From NCBI RefSeq assembly GCF_009914755.1, contig NC_060932.1: DNA of 64,000 nt; one strand, given 5' to 3'. The notes below the pieces were generated by a model, which had not been told where the DNA came from, made no database searches, and worked only from the letters and a program-made list of their open reading frames with translations. The position numbers and the translations under genes were made by a program. The stretch comes from the human T2T-CHM13v2.0 reference genome, Homo sapiens. Within the stretch, counting starts at the first letter, position 1. The number at the start of each line of letters is the position of its first letter. This document shows positions 34,730-53,000 of the stretch, piece by piece.

Positions 34730-35099
34730 CACATATACTTTCCCTTCTACCCTTCCCATTGCAATTTGCTTATTATATCTGCATTGCCATTTACATGGGA
34801 TAAAGGTCGTTTACCCTTAAAGGTATTGTGTATGTGTCTTTTCTTCTCCCCTCACGCATATCCCACAGAGAACAACCAGAAAGGTGGGACAACTCAAAGC
34901 ATTGATGTGGGGTCAGGGGGCAACACTTTCAGGTCACAGGCAGATTCAGTTTTCTCTGACTGGCAATTGGTTGAAAGAGTTATTATCTATAGACCTGAAA
35001 TGAACAGAAAGGAATGTCTGGGTTAAGACACAGAGTTGTGGAGACTAAGGTTTTATCATGCAGAGGAAGCCTCCAGGTAGCAGGCTTCAGAGAGAATAG

Positions 35100-35415
<316 letters not shown>

Positions 35416-35923
35416 GTAAATGTTTCTTATCAGACTTTAAGAGTCGGTTCTGTGCTCTATCAGCCTTAAGGTCTCTGTGTTGATGTTAACACTGGTTAGC
35501 AGCTCCTGAATTCTAAAAAGGAGGAGGGAATAAGGAGGCATGTCCAACCCCACTTCCCATCATGGCCTGAGCTAGTTTTTCAGTTTAACTTTGGAATGCC
35601 CTGGGCTGAGAATTATTTTCGGTTTACAGAGGAGAACTTATGTTCATTGGTATAGGATGACAATGAGGTCAGACAAATACCACTGAACTTGGCAGGCTGG
35701 GAAGTTACAAAGCTTAGCAAGGCCAGTTTCAGTGTCATAGTGGGGTCAAAGCCTCGTTGTTGCCTCAATTCTAGTAGGGTACATATTCCTGTCTTTATTA
35801 ATGGGAGAGGTTCTTAATCTCCAGCCCATGGACAAAGGAGATCATAGATGGGTTTCAGGAAAACATCCCAAGTCCTGCCTCCAAATTTTGCAAAATTTTG
35901 TGCCTGTGTATTTTTCTGGAGAA

Positions 35924-36808
35924 CGTAAACCAAACAGTGTCTGAGACAGGTCTCAGTCTGGAGGTTTATTCTGCCAAGGTTGAGGACACACCCAGGAAAA
36001 AGAGACATAAGTTATCATGGAATCTGTGGCCTGTGGTTTTTCCAAAGAGGGTTTTGAGGACTTCAATATTTAAAGGGAAAGAGCAGACAGAAGGGGAAAG
36101 AGGAACAACTATGCATTCATTTCACACTCAGTAAATCTGCCTTTTACAGAAGACAAAGTAAACATAGAGGAAGGAGTCAAATATGCATTTTTCTTGGGGT
36201 GGACTGAAGGGTGATTTCTAGTCTTGTCCTTGTCCCCTACCTACTGTAAATTTGCATGGTCAGGGTGGAATTCAACAGAAGTGTTGTAAGGTAAAGACTC
36301 TGCCACTCACAAGGAATTTCCCTGTGAGCAACTCCTCTGGGAGGCCACCTAGGGAGATATGTGGGCTTCTGTCTTTGCAGCTGTTTAGGAACAGAAGGAA
36401 GGCAGTTTTTGCGTGACTCAGTTCACAAGCTTAACTTTTTGTTGTTGTTGTTGTTGTTGAGACAGGGTCTCGCTCTGTCGTCTAGGCTGGACAACAGAGA
36501 ATGATCTCCACTCACTGCAACCTCCACTTCCGGGTTCAAGAGATTCTCCTGCCTTAGCCTCCCAAGTAGCTGGGATTACAGGCGTGCACCACCACGCCTG
36601 GCTAATTTTTGTATTTTTAGTAGAGACAGGGTTTCACCATGTTGACCAGGGTGGTCTTGAATGCCAGACCTCAGATGATCTGCTGGCCTTGGCCTCCTGA
36701 GATGGGCATAGTGCTAGTATTACATGTGTGAGCCACTGCGCCCGGCCCTAAGCTTAACTTTTTTCTTTGGCAGAGTTTAGGGTCCCGAGATGTTATTTTC
36801 CTTCCACA
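35924..36808 (-). mobile_element. Second MER4-group LTR, interrupted by an Alu (36437-36748, -)
   Basis: Ends gtaaaccaaacagtgtctgagacaggtctca and ttattttccttccaca; Alu TSD aagcttaacttttt. Confidence 0.75.
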
Positions 36809-36849
36809 AGAGACATCCACAGCTTTCACGATGGTTACCGATCATATGT

Positions 36850-37750
36850 GCCATTCATCTAAGACCAAGGTGACCACCTGGTCCCAAAGCCTGCACCTCG
36901 GATTCTTACTCGATTCCCGCCTGGTCTCTTCCAGGCCCTCAGTTAGTTTCCACAACATGGGAGGGTTCCTCCTCCGTGGTCTCGCCCATTCGCGTTCCCA
37001 CCCACCCTCCCCGGATGTGACGACCCTGGGCTCCCACTCCCCCCCATGAGAGACCATCCACTTCCACCCTTTCACTTAGGCTTCCTGGCGCAGCCTCTAT
37101 CCAGGAACTCTGTCCCATAGCTGTACTGCCCAGGTCGAGCTTTCTAACCCCAAGATGCCACTCCGTTCAGACGTTCCCATCCTCCATCCCTGAGACCCGG
37201 GGCAGGATCGCAGCCTAGGGGCCTCACGGGCCGCCTGCTACCCTGTTAGTTGCAACACGGGGCGGGGCGTGGCTTTGTGCACGTCGGCTTCCGGGAAGAG
37301 CTTTACGATACATTGACCGACATTTTACGACAGGCGGGATTGTTTTGTGGCTGTCAGCTTTCCCCGTGGTCTGAGTTTGTGGCTGCATTTTTATCTCTGG
37401 TGGCTCTGCTACGGCGGCGCAGAAATGAGGCAGAAGCGGAAAGGTGCGAAAGGGGAAGGAGATGGGGGAAAGGGGTGGTCCGAAAGGGGCGAACGCCCAG
37501 GCAATCAAATGCTGAACCGAACTTTTACCGCGAGAATCCGCTACCCAGTCCAGTCGCCCCGCCACCTAGGGTCAGTGTGTCCATTCTGGTCCCCGAGCCT
37601 TCTCGTTTTTCCTGTTTTGCTTTTTGAAGCACCCTACCCTTCCTCTCTTCCTCTTTGGCAGTCACGTGGTGTCTTGTTTGAATGGCAGGGAAACCATTAT
37701 TCCAATATATGCCCTCCGAGGAGTTAACGTCGATTTAACGGGTTGTAGGA
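36850..37750 (+). promoter_or_regulatory. ELP3: ELP3 CpG-island promoter with GC box (GGGGCGGGGC 37259-37268), overlapping ETS/STAT site (CTTCCGGGAA 37288-37297) and E-box GTCACGTG (37661)
   Basis: Dense CpGs and high GC around the start codon; motifs read directly. Confidence 0.88.
37425..37443 (+). CDS. ELP3: ELP3 coding exon 1 (MRQKRK-G)
   Basis: ATG AGG CAG AAG CGG AAA G|gtgcga; 19 nt, phase 1 matches exon 2. Confidence 0.93.
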
Positions 37751-38646
37751 CTTTTCATTTGTTAAGATTTGTTTCACGACACATTTGACGTGTTAGAGAG
37801 TTTCTTTTAAAGCCTTATTTTAAGATATTAAAAAAACCTTAATTATCCTTGGATTCAGTGTAAGAGTTGTGCATGCAATTATTCCCATTTTTATTACATC
37901 ATGAGTTAGCAATGAACAATTCCACCTTTGGTTTTTCAACAGGACGGATTCAAATTTGAAATATTCTCTCACAGGTTCTGTTCCTATTTCTGTATCTCAC
38001 AGGTTCTGTTCCTATTTCATTTGACCAGCTGGTCTAATCATGGTAATTGTTGTCAGAATAATAGCTACCATTTATTGAGCTTGTATTTTGAAGTCGGTAT
38101 CATTTCCATTTTACAGATGAAGAAGCTGAGATTCAAAGAGTTAAGTAACTTTCCCAGACCAAAATTATACTTAGATATGGAGCTGGCTGGTCAGGCTGTA
38201 TCTGTGACCTCAAAAAACATAAAATGAAAAATAAATACATCGTTAATCCCTATGCTTCTTGACATTAACTGTTATTTTTCTTTCTTCCAAGCAACAATTC
38301 TAAGTGTCCAAGTTACCTTAGATTAAGTCTTGTCATATTTGCATGCCCTAAATTAATTTGTTATCTCACTCTAACTTGCTCCTTCTCAATCTACCAGGAT
38401 TCTTTTAGTTTCTTCTGTCACCAAGTCATGTTGATTCTTACTTAGAAATTACTTCTTGATATAGTTTATTCCTCTTCATTCTGGCCGCCAACCTCCTAAC
38501 CCACCTTCATCACTAACTAATATTTGAATGGTATTTCAGCTTTCATATACATTATTTATTTGAGTCTTAGAATGGTTTTGTGAAATTTGGATGTATTACC
38601 CCAATTTTACAGACAAGGAAATGGGCACTCAAAAGTTGTTGATCTT

Positions 38647-39163
<517 letters not shown>

Positions 39164-40086
39164 TTACTTTCAACTTTTTATTTCCAAAGTTGAGAATATG
39201 CAATTCTTCACTGTCTGTTGCATTCCATTTCAATGCCTTTGCCTAGTGGCCAGGGTCCCCTGTAATCTGTTCTTTATTACACCCTGTTAGAAAGCTGGAT
39301 TTTAGTTAGGCTGTGCTGTTTCACACAAAGATAGGTAATTCCTATGCCTGACATTATTTCTTCTGGATTGCCTTCTGTTTTGCATGTCCAAATCTTGCCC
39401 TATCTTTAAAGATCCCTGTGCCATTTCCTTCATGAAGTCTTTTCCTACTCATTTACTCTTCCAGTTCTTGATACACTCAAGAGCTATACAAGTGGTTTCC
39501 AAATCTTATCTGTTCTTATCAGCCGATCCCCTTTTACCCTCCAAATAAATTCTTACACAGAACCTCAATATATAAACAGCTGAAAGCAGAGCTGCTGTGG
39601 TGGAAATAAAGAGACCTCCTCCTTTTTTTCCTCCATGCCTTATTTTCCTCTTCCCTTCTCCCTTCCTCTGCCATGACCACCACCAGTCCTACCTCTGTTG
39701 CATGGCCCCTGAGGCACCTTTGTAGAACTCTGGAAGTGCTGAGTTACATGGTTTGGAAAGCATTTAGCCTTTGAGTATAGATGGACTTTATTTCTCTCAA
39801 AAATTGTTGTGTATATGTTAGCCTTGCCTCATTAAATTAGATGCAGTGTGTTACAGTGAAAAAAGCATGGAAGTTGTGGTGAAAAGAGCTGGATTTGAGT
39901 CTTGGCTCTGCTGTTTACGATAGCTTGTTAACTTGCCTTAGCCTCATTTTTCACATCTATAAAATGGGATAACAGTACCTACCCTCCGTGTTACTGTAAG
40001 GGTTCAAATGAGATAAAGTAAATGTGTGGGCTCCATAATTGCCAGGGCCTTCCATCCACGCTTTCATTATGTTTTAGCTTTCTCTG

Positions 40087-40628
40087 CAGTGTGAGTCCTC
40101 AGCCCCCTGGGCCACGGACCAGTACCGGTTCATGGCCTGTTAGGAGCTGAGCCAGACAGAAGAAGGTGAGCAGCAGGCGAGCAAGTGAAGCTTCATCAGT
40201 ATTTGCAGCCACTTCCCATCACTCATGTTACTGCCTAAGCTCTGCCTCCTGTCACATCAGCAGTGGCATTAGATTCTCAAAGGAGTCTGAACCCTGTTGT
40301 GAACCGTGCATGTGGTGGGTCTAGGTTGTGTGCTCCTTATGAGAATCTAATGCCTGATGATCTGTCACTGTCTCCCATCACCCCCAGATGGGAGTGTCTA
40401 GTTGCAGGAAAACAAGCTCAGGGTTCCCACTGATTCTATGGGAACAGAATTCGTTATGGTGAATTGTATAATTATTTCATTACATATAACAATGCAGTAA
40501 TAAAAATAAAGTGCACAATAAATGTAATGCACTTGAATCATCCTAAAACCACCCTGCTCCCCTGGTCTGTGGAAAAATCATCTTCCATAAAACCAGTTCC
40601 TTTTATCAAAAAGGTTGGGAACCACTGC
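40087..40628. mobile_element. MER1A-like hAT-Charlie element
   Basis: gggccacggaccagtaccggt...catcacccccagatggg...aaaaggttgggaaccactg. Confidence 0.8.
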
Positions 40629-41428
40629 TCTACAGGTGAGAAGCTTGCTTGCTGACAGCTTCCAAGCTGATATCCCACAGCTTTTGTCCCTGGAAAAAGA
40701 CTGGCATTTTTTACCTTGAAGAAAAGAGCTCAGATTGGCCTGGCTTAGAGATATGCCCATCCTTGAACCAATCCTTGAACTGTGCTTGAGTGGATGGCGT
40801 CATACAAGAACCTGTCAGCTTCTGCTGTTGCCTTTGGATGAGACCGAGAGCCCCAGTTGCCAGAAGTTCATGATGGTGGACAGACAATATTTTAGAAATG
40901 CATTAAGATTCTTAGGCAGATACCTGGGTTTGAGTTTCAACTTTACTCCTTGATAGCATCTTCATGTAACAGGCACATATTCTTGTTCTGTCTACCTCTG
41001 TTCTGAGAATTACCTGAATTCATGCATCTAAATGTTCTTTATGAACTCTAAAGTATTATGCACATATTAGTAATTACACCTCTGGAGATAAAGGGAAGAG
41101 AATTACTTTGGTCCTTTCCTGTGTGATTAAGTTCTTTCTCCTCACATTGTTTCTACTCCTGTATCCTTTCCTGTATTTATTTTTAATAATCTCATAGAGT
41201 ATGTGCTTCTAAAGGGAGCTTTTCCCATATATATGTAAAGCCACGTTTGTTTTAAAGATACAAAAGATATGATCAAATTGTAAACAGTAGAGATTTAGCA
41301 TCTTCTGAACTTGAGCTATTCATTTGGCATATTTGTATGGTTTCGGATGGAAAACTGCTACTAAATCAGATTTTAAAATCTTGATTGAATGATACGATTT
41401 TTGACATTGTTGAATATTAACTTTCCAG

Positions 41429-41528
41429 GAGATCTCAGCCCTGCTGAGCTGATGATGCTGACTATAGGAGATGTTATTAAACAACTGATTGAAGCCCACG
41501 AGCAGGGGAAAGACATCGATCTAAATAA
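41429..41528 (+). CDS. ELP3: ELP3 exon 2 ([32 protein letters not shown])
   Basis: tttccag| acceptor, AA|gtaagt donor, 100 nt. Confidence 0.96.
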
Positions 41529-41670
41529 GTAAGTGGATATAAAGAGAGAGCAAGCTTGTTCTTAGGTAGCAGATCTCTTTTATGAAATTATCTAGTACTA
41601 CTTGTTTTCCAGCTCAAGTTTTATTTTAGTTGAGAATTTTAGCTTTCTGCCTTGCCTTGTCATTCATTTC

Positions 41671-41905
41671 TTTTTTTTTTTTTGCAAGTTCCGCCTCTGG
41701 GGTTAACGCCATTCTCCTGCCTCAGCCTCCTGAGTAGCTGGGACTACAGGCGCCCGCCACCACGCCTGGCTAATTTTTTGTATTTTTAGTAGAGACGGGG
41801 TTTCACCGTGTTAGCCAGGACGGTCTCGATCTCCTGACCTCGTGATCTGCCCACCTCGGCCTCCCAAAGTGCTGGGATTACAGGCGTGAGTCACCGCACC
41901 CGGCC
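41671..41905 (-). mobile_element. AluY lacking part of its 3' end
   Basis: Reverse AluY; TSD gtcattcatttctt. Confidence 0.9.
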
Positions 41906-43516
41906 GTCATTCATTTCTTGATGGCAAAATTGTCTCAGCTTAAGAATACTAATAGCTTCTAACATTTATTGGGCACTTACTGTATTCCAGACACTGTTGC
42001 TAATGCATTGTATGTATTAGCTCAGTTAATCCCCTCAAAATTCTGTGAGATAGGTACTGATACCAGCCACACTTGACAGGTGGGTAATCTGAGTCAGAGA
42101 GCAGTTAAATAATTTGTCCAGGGGTAAGTAACTAGTAATTGGCAGAGCTGGGATTTGGAATTAGGTCAGCCGTCTCCAGAGCCCATGTTCTTCTGTGCTG
42201 CATCGCTGCACATCCTACTTTCCTTCCCTACTGTCTCAGCTGAAGCAGCAGCTTTCTGTCAGGAAAACCCTCCCTTTGGGGCCCCTGATCTAATCCAACC
42301 CTCCCCTGCTGTAGAACCTCTTTGACACATTCATCCACTTCCTCTCCATAATCATTTTCAGCTTGGACTTTCCTACAGTCTCAAATAAGAGTTGTCTTTC
42401 ATCTCTGCATCTATTTTTTTTTTCAAACTATAATATATATTCACTCTATGTAGATCTTCCCTAATGAAAGGGTTCTCTCCCCAACCCCAGGTCGTCTAAT
42501 CATCACATACAGGAATGACCTTTTCTTAGACTCTCTTCTCTGATACTTGAGATGCTGCAATATTTTACCCCTTCCTTGAATCCTCATGCTTAGTAAATAT
42601 TTGCTACAGGAATAAGTAAATATCCTCTTTTGACTATAAAGTTATTGTATTTTACTGATTTTTCTACCGTGTCTTTAGAAGTTTTTCTTTCTTTTTTTGT
42701 TGGTTATACCCCTGATTATACAAATCTTTAATTTCTAGTGAACATTTCTACATCTTATATATATTTGTTGTTCTCTTTAATTTAGCACATCTAAAGCTAA
42801 AGCTGCCATCGTCCTTAAAACTCGCCCCTCCTCAGATGTCACCAGCCTATTACTGGAAGGTCTCTCAGTCTGGCTTCAACCTGCTTTTCCAAGTTTTTAA
42901 ACCTCTGTACCTTTACATTGAAAATCTTCTGCTTTCTGTCAAGTTGGTCTGCTTGTATTTCTTAAAATATATGCATTCCTGTTTTTGCATCTGCACATAA
43001 ATCAGCCTGTCTGCCCTCCATGTCATCTTTGTGTCTTTAGTGACTGAGACCTACTCTTTCTTCTGTGCTCATTTCCATGAATATCTCCCCAGCACACATC
43101 AGATTCCTCCCTGAACTCTGGAAGCATTCATTGTTGGTATGTGTGTGTGTTTTATGACATATGTTTTAATCATTTATACATTAATTTTCTTGGTACGCCT
43201 GTCTGCAAACATGTAAACATAGAACATGAAAGGACTGTGCCTTGCACATTTGAACATAGCAGGTATTCAGGCAGCCTCTTGTACGTGTTAGGTCCTCAGT
43301 TAATATTTGTTGACAAATATGTGAGCACTTCACAGATATTTCTAGATGGATTAAAGTTAGAAGACAGGGTGACTGTTAAGAGTTTGGCTAGGAGGCACAA
43401 AGAAAAGCTGGTAAAAGTTTTTTTTAAACTTTCAAAAATATGTACTTTATTTCCTATTTGGTTCTGCATAGCCATCCTTGATTTTTTTTTTAATTGTTGT
43501 TGTTGTTTTGTCTAAG

Positions 43517-43735
43517 ACAGTAGTTGTCAACCAGGGGTGATTTCCTCCTCAGGACATTTGGCAATGTCTAGGGACATTTTTGAGTGTTACAACAGGAAGA
43601 CAAGAAGAAGGCTGGTAGTACATAGAGACCAAGGATGCTGCTAAACATCCCTCAATTCGCTGGCCACCTGCCACAGCAAAGAACTGTGTGGTCCCAAACA
43701 TCAGTAGTGCTGAGGTTGAGAAAGGTGGAGTCAGA
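43517..43735. mobile_element. MER20
   Basis: ggacatttggcaatgtctagggacattttt...ggatgctgctaaacatcc...gaggttgagaaa. Confidence 0.8.
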
Positions 43736-44037
43736 ATAGTCCTTTGAAGCTGCAGCACTATTCTGAACTAGATCTATATTGTGTCATCGTCCAGGGACCC
43801 TTCTCCCTCCATAGTCCTCTGGTTTTCTTTCTGGTACTCAAGGGTGGGAAGTAGTCATTCACTCGTGAATTTTATTCTTCTATTTCCCTGATAGTCACAG
43901 ATCTTAAAACTATCCTTGTCACGTGGTGAAGGGATTGGAGAGTGACAGTTGTTAATGATGTTGTTTATAGATCATCCTCTTGGTAGCTTGTCCTTAAATA
44001 ACCGTAATCTTGATAATGTGAGATGCTTTACTTTCAG

Positions 44038-44176
44038 GGTGAAAACCAAGACAGCTGCCAAATATGGCCTTTCTGCCCAGCCCCGCCTGGTGGATATCAT
44101 TGCTGCCGTCCCTCCTCAGTATCGCAAGGTCTTGATGCCCAAGTTAAAGGCGAAACCCATCAGAACTGCTAGTGGG
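44038..44176 (+). CDS. ELP3: ELP3 exon 3 ([25 protein letters not shown]...KPIRTASG)
   Basis: tttcag| acceptor, GGG|gtgagt donor, 139 nt; conserved Elp3 KPxRTASG motif. Confidence 0.97.
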
Positions 44177-45345
44177 GTGAGTGATTCGACTCATGAGGTA
44201 TCGACACACTGGGTATCTGTTCTGGCAGAAGTCCCTGCTCCATGTGACGCCCGTGTAGTGAGGTAGAGGTTGGGGATTCTGAACTAATGAAGTCCCTGTA
44301 TTAGGATATGTGCTGGAGTGGAGACCTGTGCTGAATGCAAGGAGAGCAGAGAGAGAAAAAAATATAATTGTGATTAAAGGAGTAGATGATGTTTTGACCT
44401 CTTTAAAAATATAGATTTAGGCTTGGTGACAATCATAACAGGATAAATGTTGGCCATCTTAAGCTGGTAGCTTTCAATATAATTGATGCTTATGAAAGGT
44501 ACTTTTGAAAGGTAGTTAATGGTGCAAAGTAGTTCTGTATATGGTGATTATGAGCACTGTGGAAGTCCAGACAACAGCGATGTCCCTGCAGCAAAAGGGG
44601 CTGGGGAAGGCCCAGTAGAAAGCACACAGCTTGCTTGACCCATAAGCCAAGAAGAGCAGGCTCTAAGTGTCATGGGAGCAAGGACACAGGGGCTAAGGCA
44701 CAGAGGTAGAAATGACAGGAAGGGCGTGGTGCACGCAGGAAATAGCGAGTACGCCAGACTGAAGGGTGTTAACAGTTCAGGAGAGTAGGACTGTGCGTTG
44801 AACAGGTAGTTTGGGATCAGCTTGTAAAAATCTTAAGTGTCTGGCAAAGCAGCTAGATAATAGGAAACAAAAGTTTTGAAAAAGGTAGTAATATGAACAA
44901 AGTAGATTTTCAGAAAATTAATTTGGATACAACATGCAGGGTAGTTTGGAGACAAAAAGACTAGCTTAGATGCTCTTGGTATGATGTCAGTATGCAGTGT
45001 TAAGGACTTGAGTTAGGATGGAGACTCTAGGATGAAAAAAGATGAGTGTGAGATACATGCACAGAAATTGATAGAATTAAGACCCTCCTACCATATGGTC
45101 CCCAGCACCAAATTCTGTTCCTAATGTGATCCCACAAGTTCATTCTGTTATTTGAATTGGGATATTATATTCCAGGCAGCTTGTGTTGACTTGGTGACCA
45201 TATCTCCTGGATCACCTTACGTTTGTGGCTAATTAAACCCTAAAATTTTTACATACAATGTACCACCAAACCTCATATCCTCTTCTTTGTACTTAAGTGT
45301 TTTTGTTTTGTTTTGTTTGTTTGTATCTAGTGTAAAAAGCTTGTT

Positions 45346-45662
<317 letters not shown>

Positions 45663-45784
45663 CTAATAGTCCATGCCCCTCACCTCCCTTTTTCTACCCT
45701 AGGGCAACCATTTTTAACTCTTAGCCAATTTCTTTAGCATTAACTTCCATATCCATAAATAAAATAACATTCTTTACATAATAG

Positions 45785-46100
<316 letters not shown>

Positions 46101-46809
46101 ACTTTTTAGAGTTAAGCATTATGTGTGGGCTTGCCATTAAAGAAGACAGAAACTTAGCAACCTTTCAGCCTGACTGGCAAACCGAGGCTTCTGTGATACC
46201 ACCCTCTCTGTTTCTTCCTCTGTCTCTGATCATTTCTGTCCTATCTTGGCTACCTTATTGTGCTTACCTCTAAAAGTTGATGTTTTCTGTTGTCCTGGGC
46301 TCATTATGTTTGGTATTTTACATGCTTTCTTTGGTAACCTCATCCATTTGATGATTTTAGTATTGATGTATGCTGACTCCCAGCATGAACCATTCCCTGA
46401 GCTTCAGACTCCTGTCAGATTGTCAGTTAGGCATCTGTCCTTTGACTGCCTGAGAACCTCCTGAAGTATAGCATAACCAAAACTAATACCAGACTTGCTT
46501 ATTCACCTTTCCTGTCCATGTTAGTTCATGGTACCACCGTGCACTCAGTTTCCAAAAAATGTGAAATGCATTTTCCGTTCCTACTGCCACTGGTAAGAAT
46601 GCTTTGGCCTTTATTATTTCTTGTTTAGATTATTTCAGTCATTTCCTTACGCATCTATTTTGTCCTACCTACATGAAATGCATCTTTAACAGTGTCACAA
46701 GAGTGATCTATTGAAAGTATCAGAAACACACAGCTGGTGGCCATTCCCTATCTACTGCCATTCTCACCTCCATGCTTTTATTCTTGCTGTTTTTCTGATG
46801 GTGCTTTGT

Positions 46810-50100
<3,291 letters not shown>

Positions 50101-50468
50101 TCAGACCCCTCTGAGGTTATTTACACCCAGACCCTGAAACATGAAGCTGCTAGTTTAATAGTACCTGCTGCAAATATTGAGATCCAGTGTGTTCATGAGG
50201 CGTTTGAGTCACAAAGGTTAGGTTTATATATAATTTCATAGAATTGCTTAAAGAAATTTTTTTCTTACAGGCTGTTTACTAAGACAATCAGAGAGAGAAA
50301 GACTAAGAATCACTTTGGCTTTAACAGTTAATTTGTTATTTTGTACTTAATTTATTGTAAAATGGAATATAACTTCACATATATATTACATACGGACAAT
50401 TTAAAGATGATTAATATTGAACAGAGATCACTCTTGTACCCATTGCCCAGCTTAAGAAATACAGCCTC

Positions 50469-50901
<433 letters not shown>

Positions 50902-50922
50902 TTATTCATCTTTCTTTTATAG

Positions 50923-50993
50923 ATTGCTGTCGTGGCTGTGATGTGCAAACCCCACAGATGTCCACACATCAGTTTTACAGGAAATATATGTGT
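50923..50993 (+). CDS. ELP3: ELP3 exon 4 (IAVVAVMCKPHRCPHISFTGNIC), radical-SAM C99 and C109
   Basis: ttttatag| acceptor, GT|gtaagt donor, 71 nt. Confidence 0.97.
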
Positions 50994-51176
50994 GTAAGTA
51001 TGGTGATTTTATTAAATTGTATGTATGTTTTAATTAAGCTAAATATGCCCCCTCTAGCCCTTAGTCAGTACATCCTGGTAATGTTTAAAACTTCAGCTTA
51101 ATAGATTTATAGATTACTCCTTTCAAACAAGCAACCATTGGTAGATATTTTAGTGCTTTAAAATTGGAATATATAA

Positions 51177-51640
<464 letters not shown>

Positions 51641-52122
51641 TTAAAATGAATTTGGATCAGAAACATATCAAAATAAAAAATTATCCTTATACGTAACCTT
51701 TAGATTTCTCAAACTCACCTATTTGAAAGAATTAGCGGAAGAGTTTGCATGATTCTGGGTAGGAAGATAAAAGGGGGGAAAGATTTTCTTGAGTGTGGTT
51801 CCCAAGAGAACACTGAGTATTGATTCAAACTTAGGAAAACTTCATTTCTGTTATTTGCCCCTAAAAGCTTAAACCTCTGAAATAAACACAACTGCAGTTA
51901 TTTTGAAAATGGGTGTAATAATGTCCCTTTACATATTTATCTTATTTACTTCTTGGTAGAAAATACATTATTTACAGATACTGCAAAGGTAGATTCTTCT
52001 GTTAGGATTTGAAAAGGAAGCTCATTTGTTATCAGGATTCTTTGGAGATGGTAGATGCTTGGAACTAGCTGATTGAACTCAGTTTTGCATCTGACATTCT
52101 TGTTCTTTTGTTGTACTGGCAG

Positions 52123-52186
52123 ATACTGCCCTGGTGGACCTGATTCTGATTTTGAGTATTCCACCCAGTCTTACACTGGCTATGAG
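52123..52186 (+). CDS. ELP3: ELP3 exon 5 ([21 protein letters not shown]), C112
   Basis: ggcag| acceptor, GAG|gtacag donor, 64 nt; completes CX9CX2C. Confidence 0.97.
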
Positions 52187-52556
52187 GTACAGTAACTTTG
52201 AGGCTGTCCTGATGAAATGTTGCATCATGCTTTACCTGTAGTATGGTTTTACCAGTACTGGCTTTCTGACAATTTTTTGTTTTTGTTTTTGTTTTTTTCT
52301 GATTTTAAAAGCTGTTCATTCACCAAATATTTGCCAGTGTCTACTAGTGCCCTATATTATTCTAGCCACTAGAGAAATACTTACATAAGCATAAATAATA
52401 CTTACTTCTTATCCCAAATGCTGTTCTAAGTGCTTTACAACTGTAAACCTTATTGCAGTGTTTTGAAGATAGACACTATCATGATCCCAGTTTGCCAATC
52501 AGGAAACTAGGGCATAGCAGGCTTAAACAGCTGGCCCAAAGACACACTATTAGTAA

Positions 52557-53000
<444 letters not shown>

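Larger units (their letters stand above)
34150..34875 (+). mobile_element. Solo ERV1 LTR (LTR15-like by recall) with internal 71-bp tandem repeat and (GT)n
   Basis: tggaggaaaagttaaatattaaa...cccacagagaaca; ccag at both junctions (34146, 34876). Confidence 0.7.

Noticed and set aside
37224-37727. Overlapping 113-126 aa ORFs at the ELP3 promoter
   Set aside because: GC-rich CpG-island frames with no recognisable protein; the real CDS here is 19 nt
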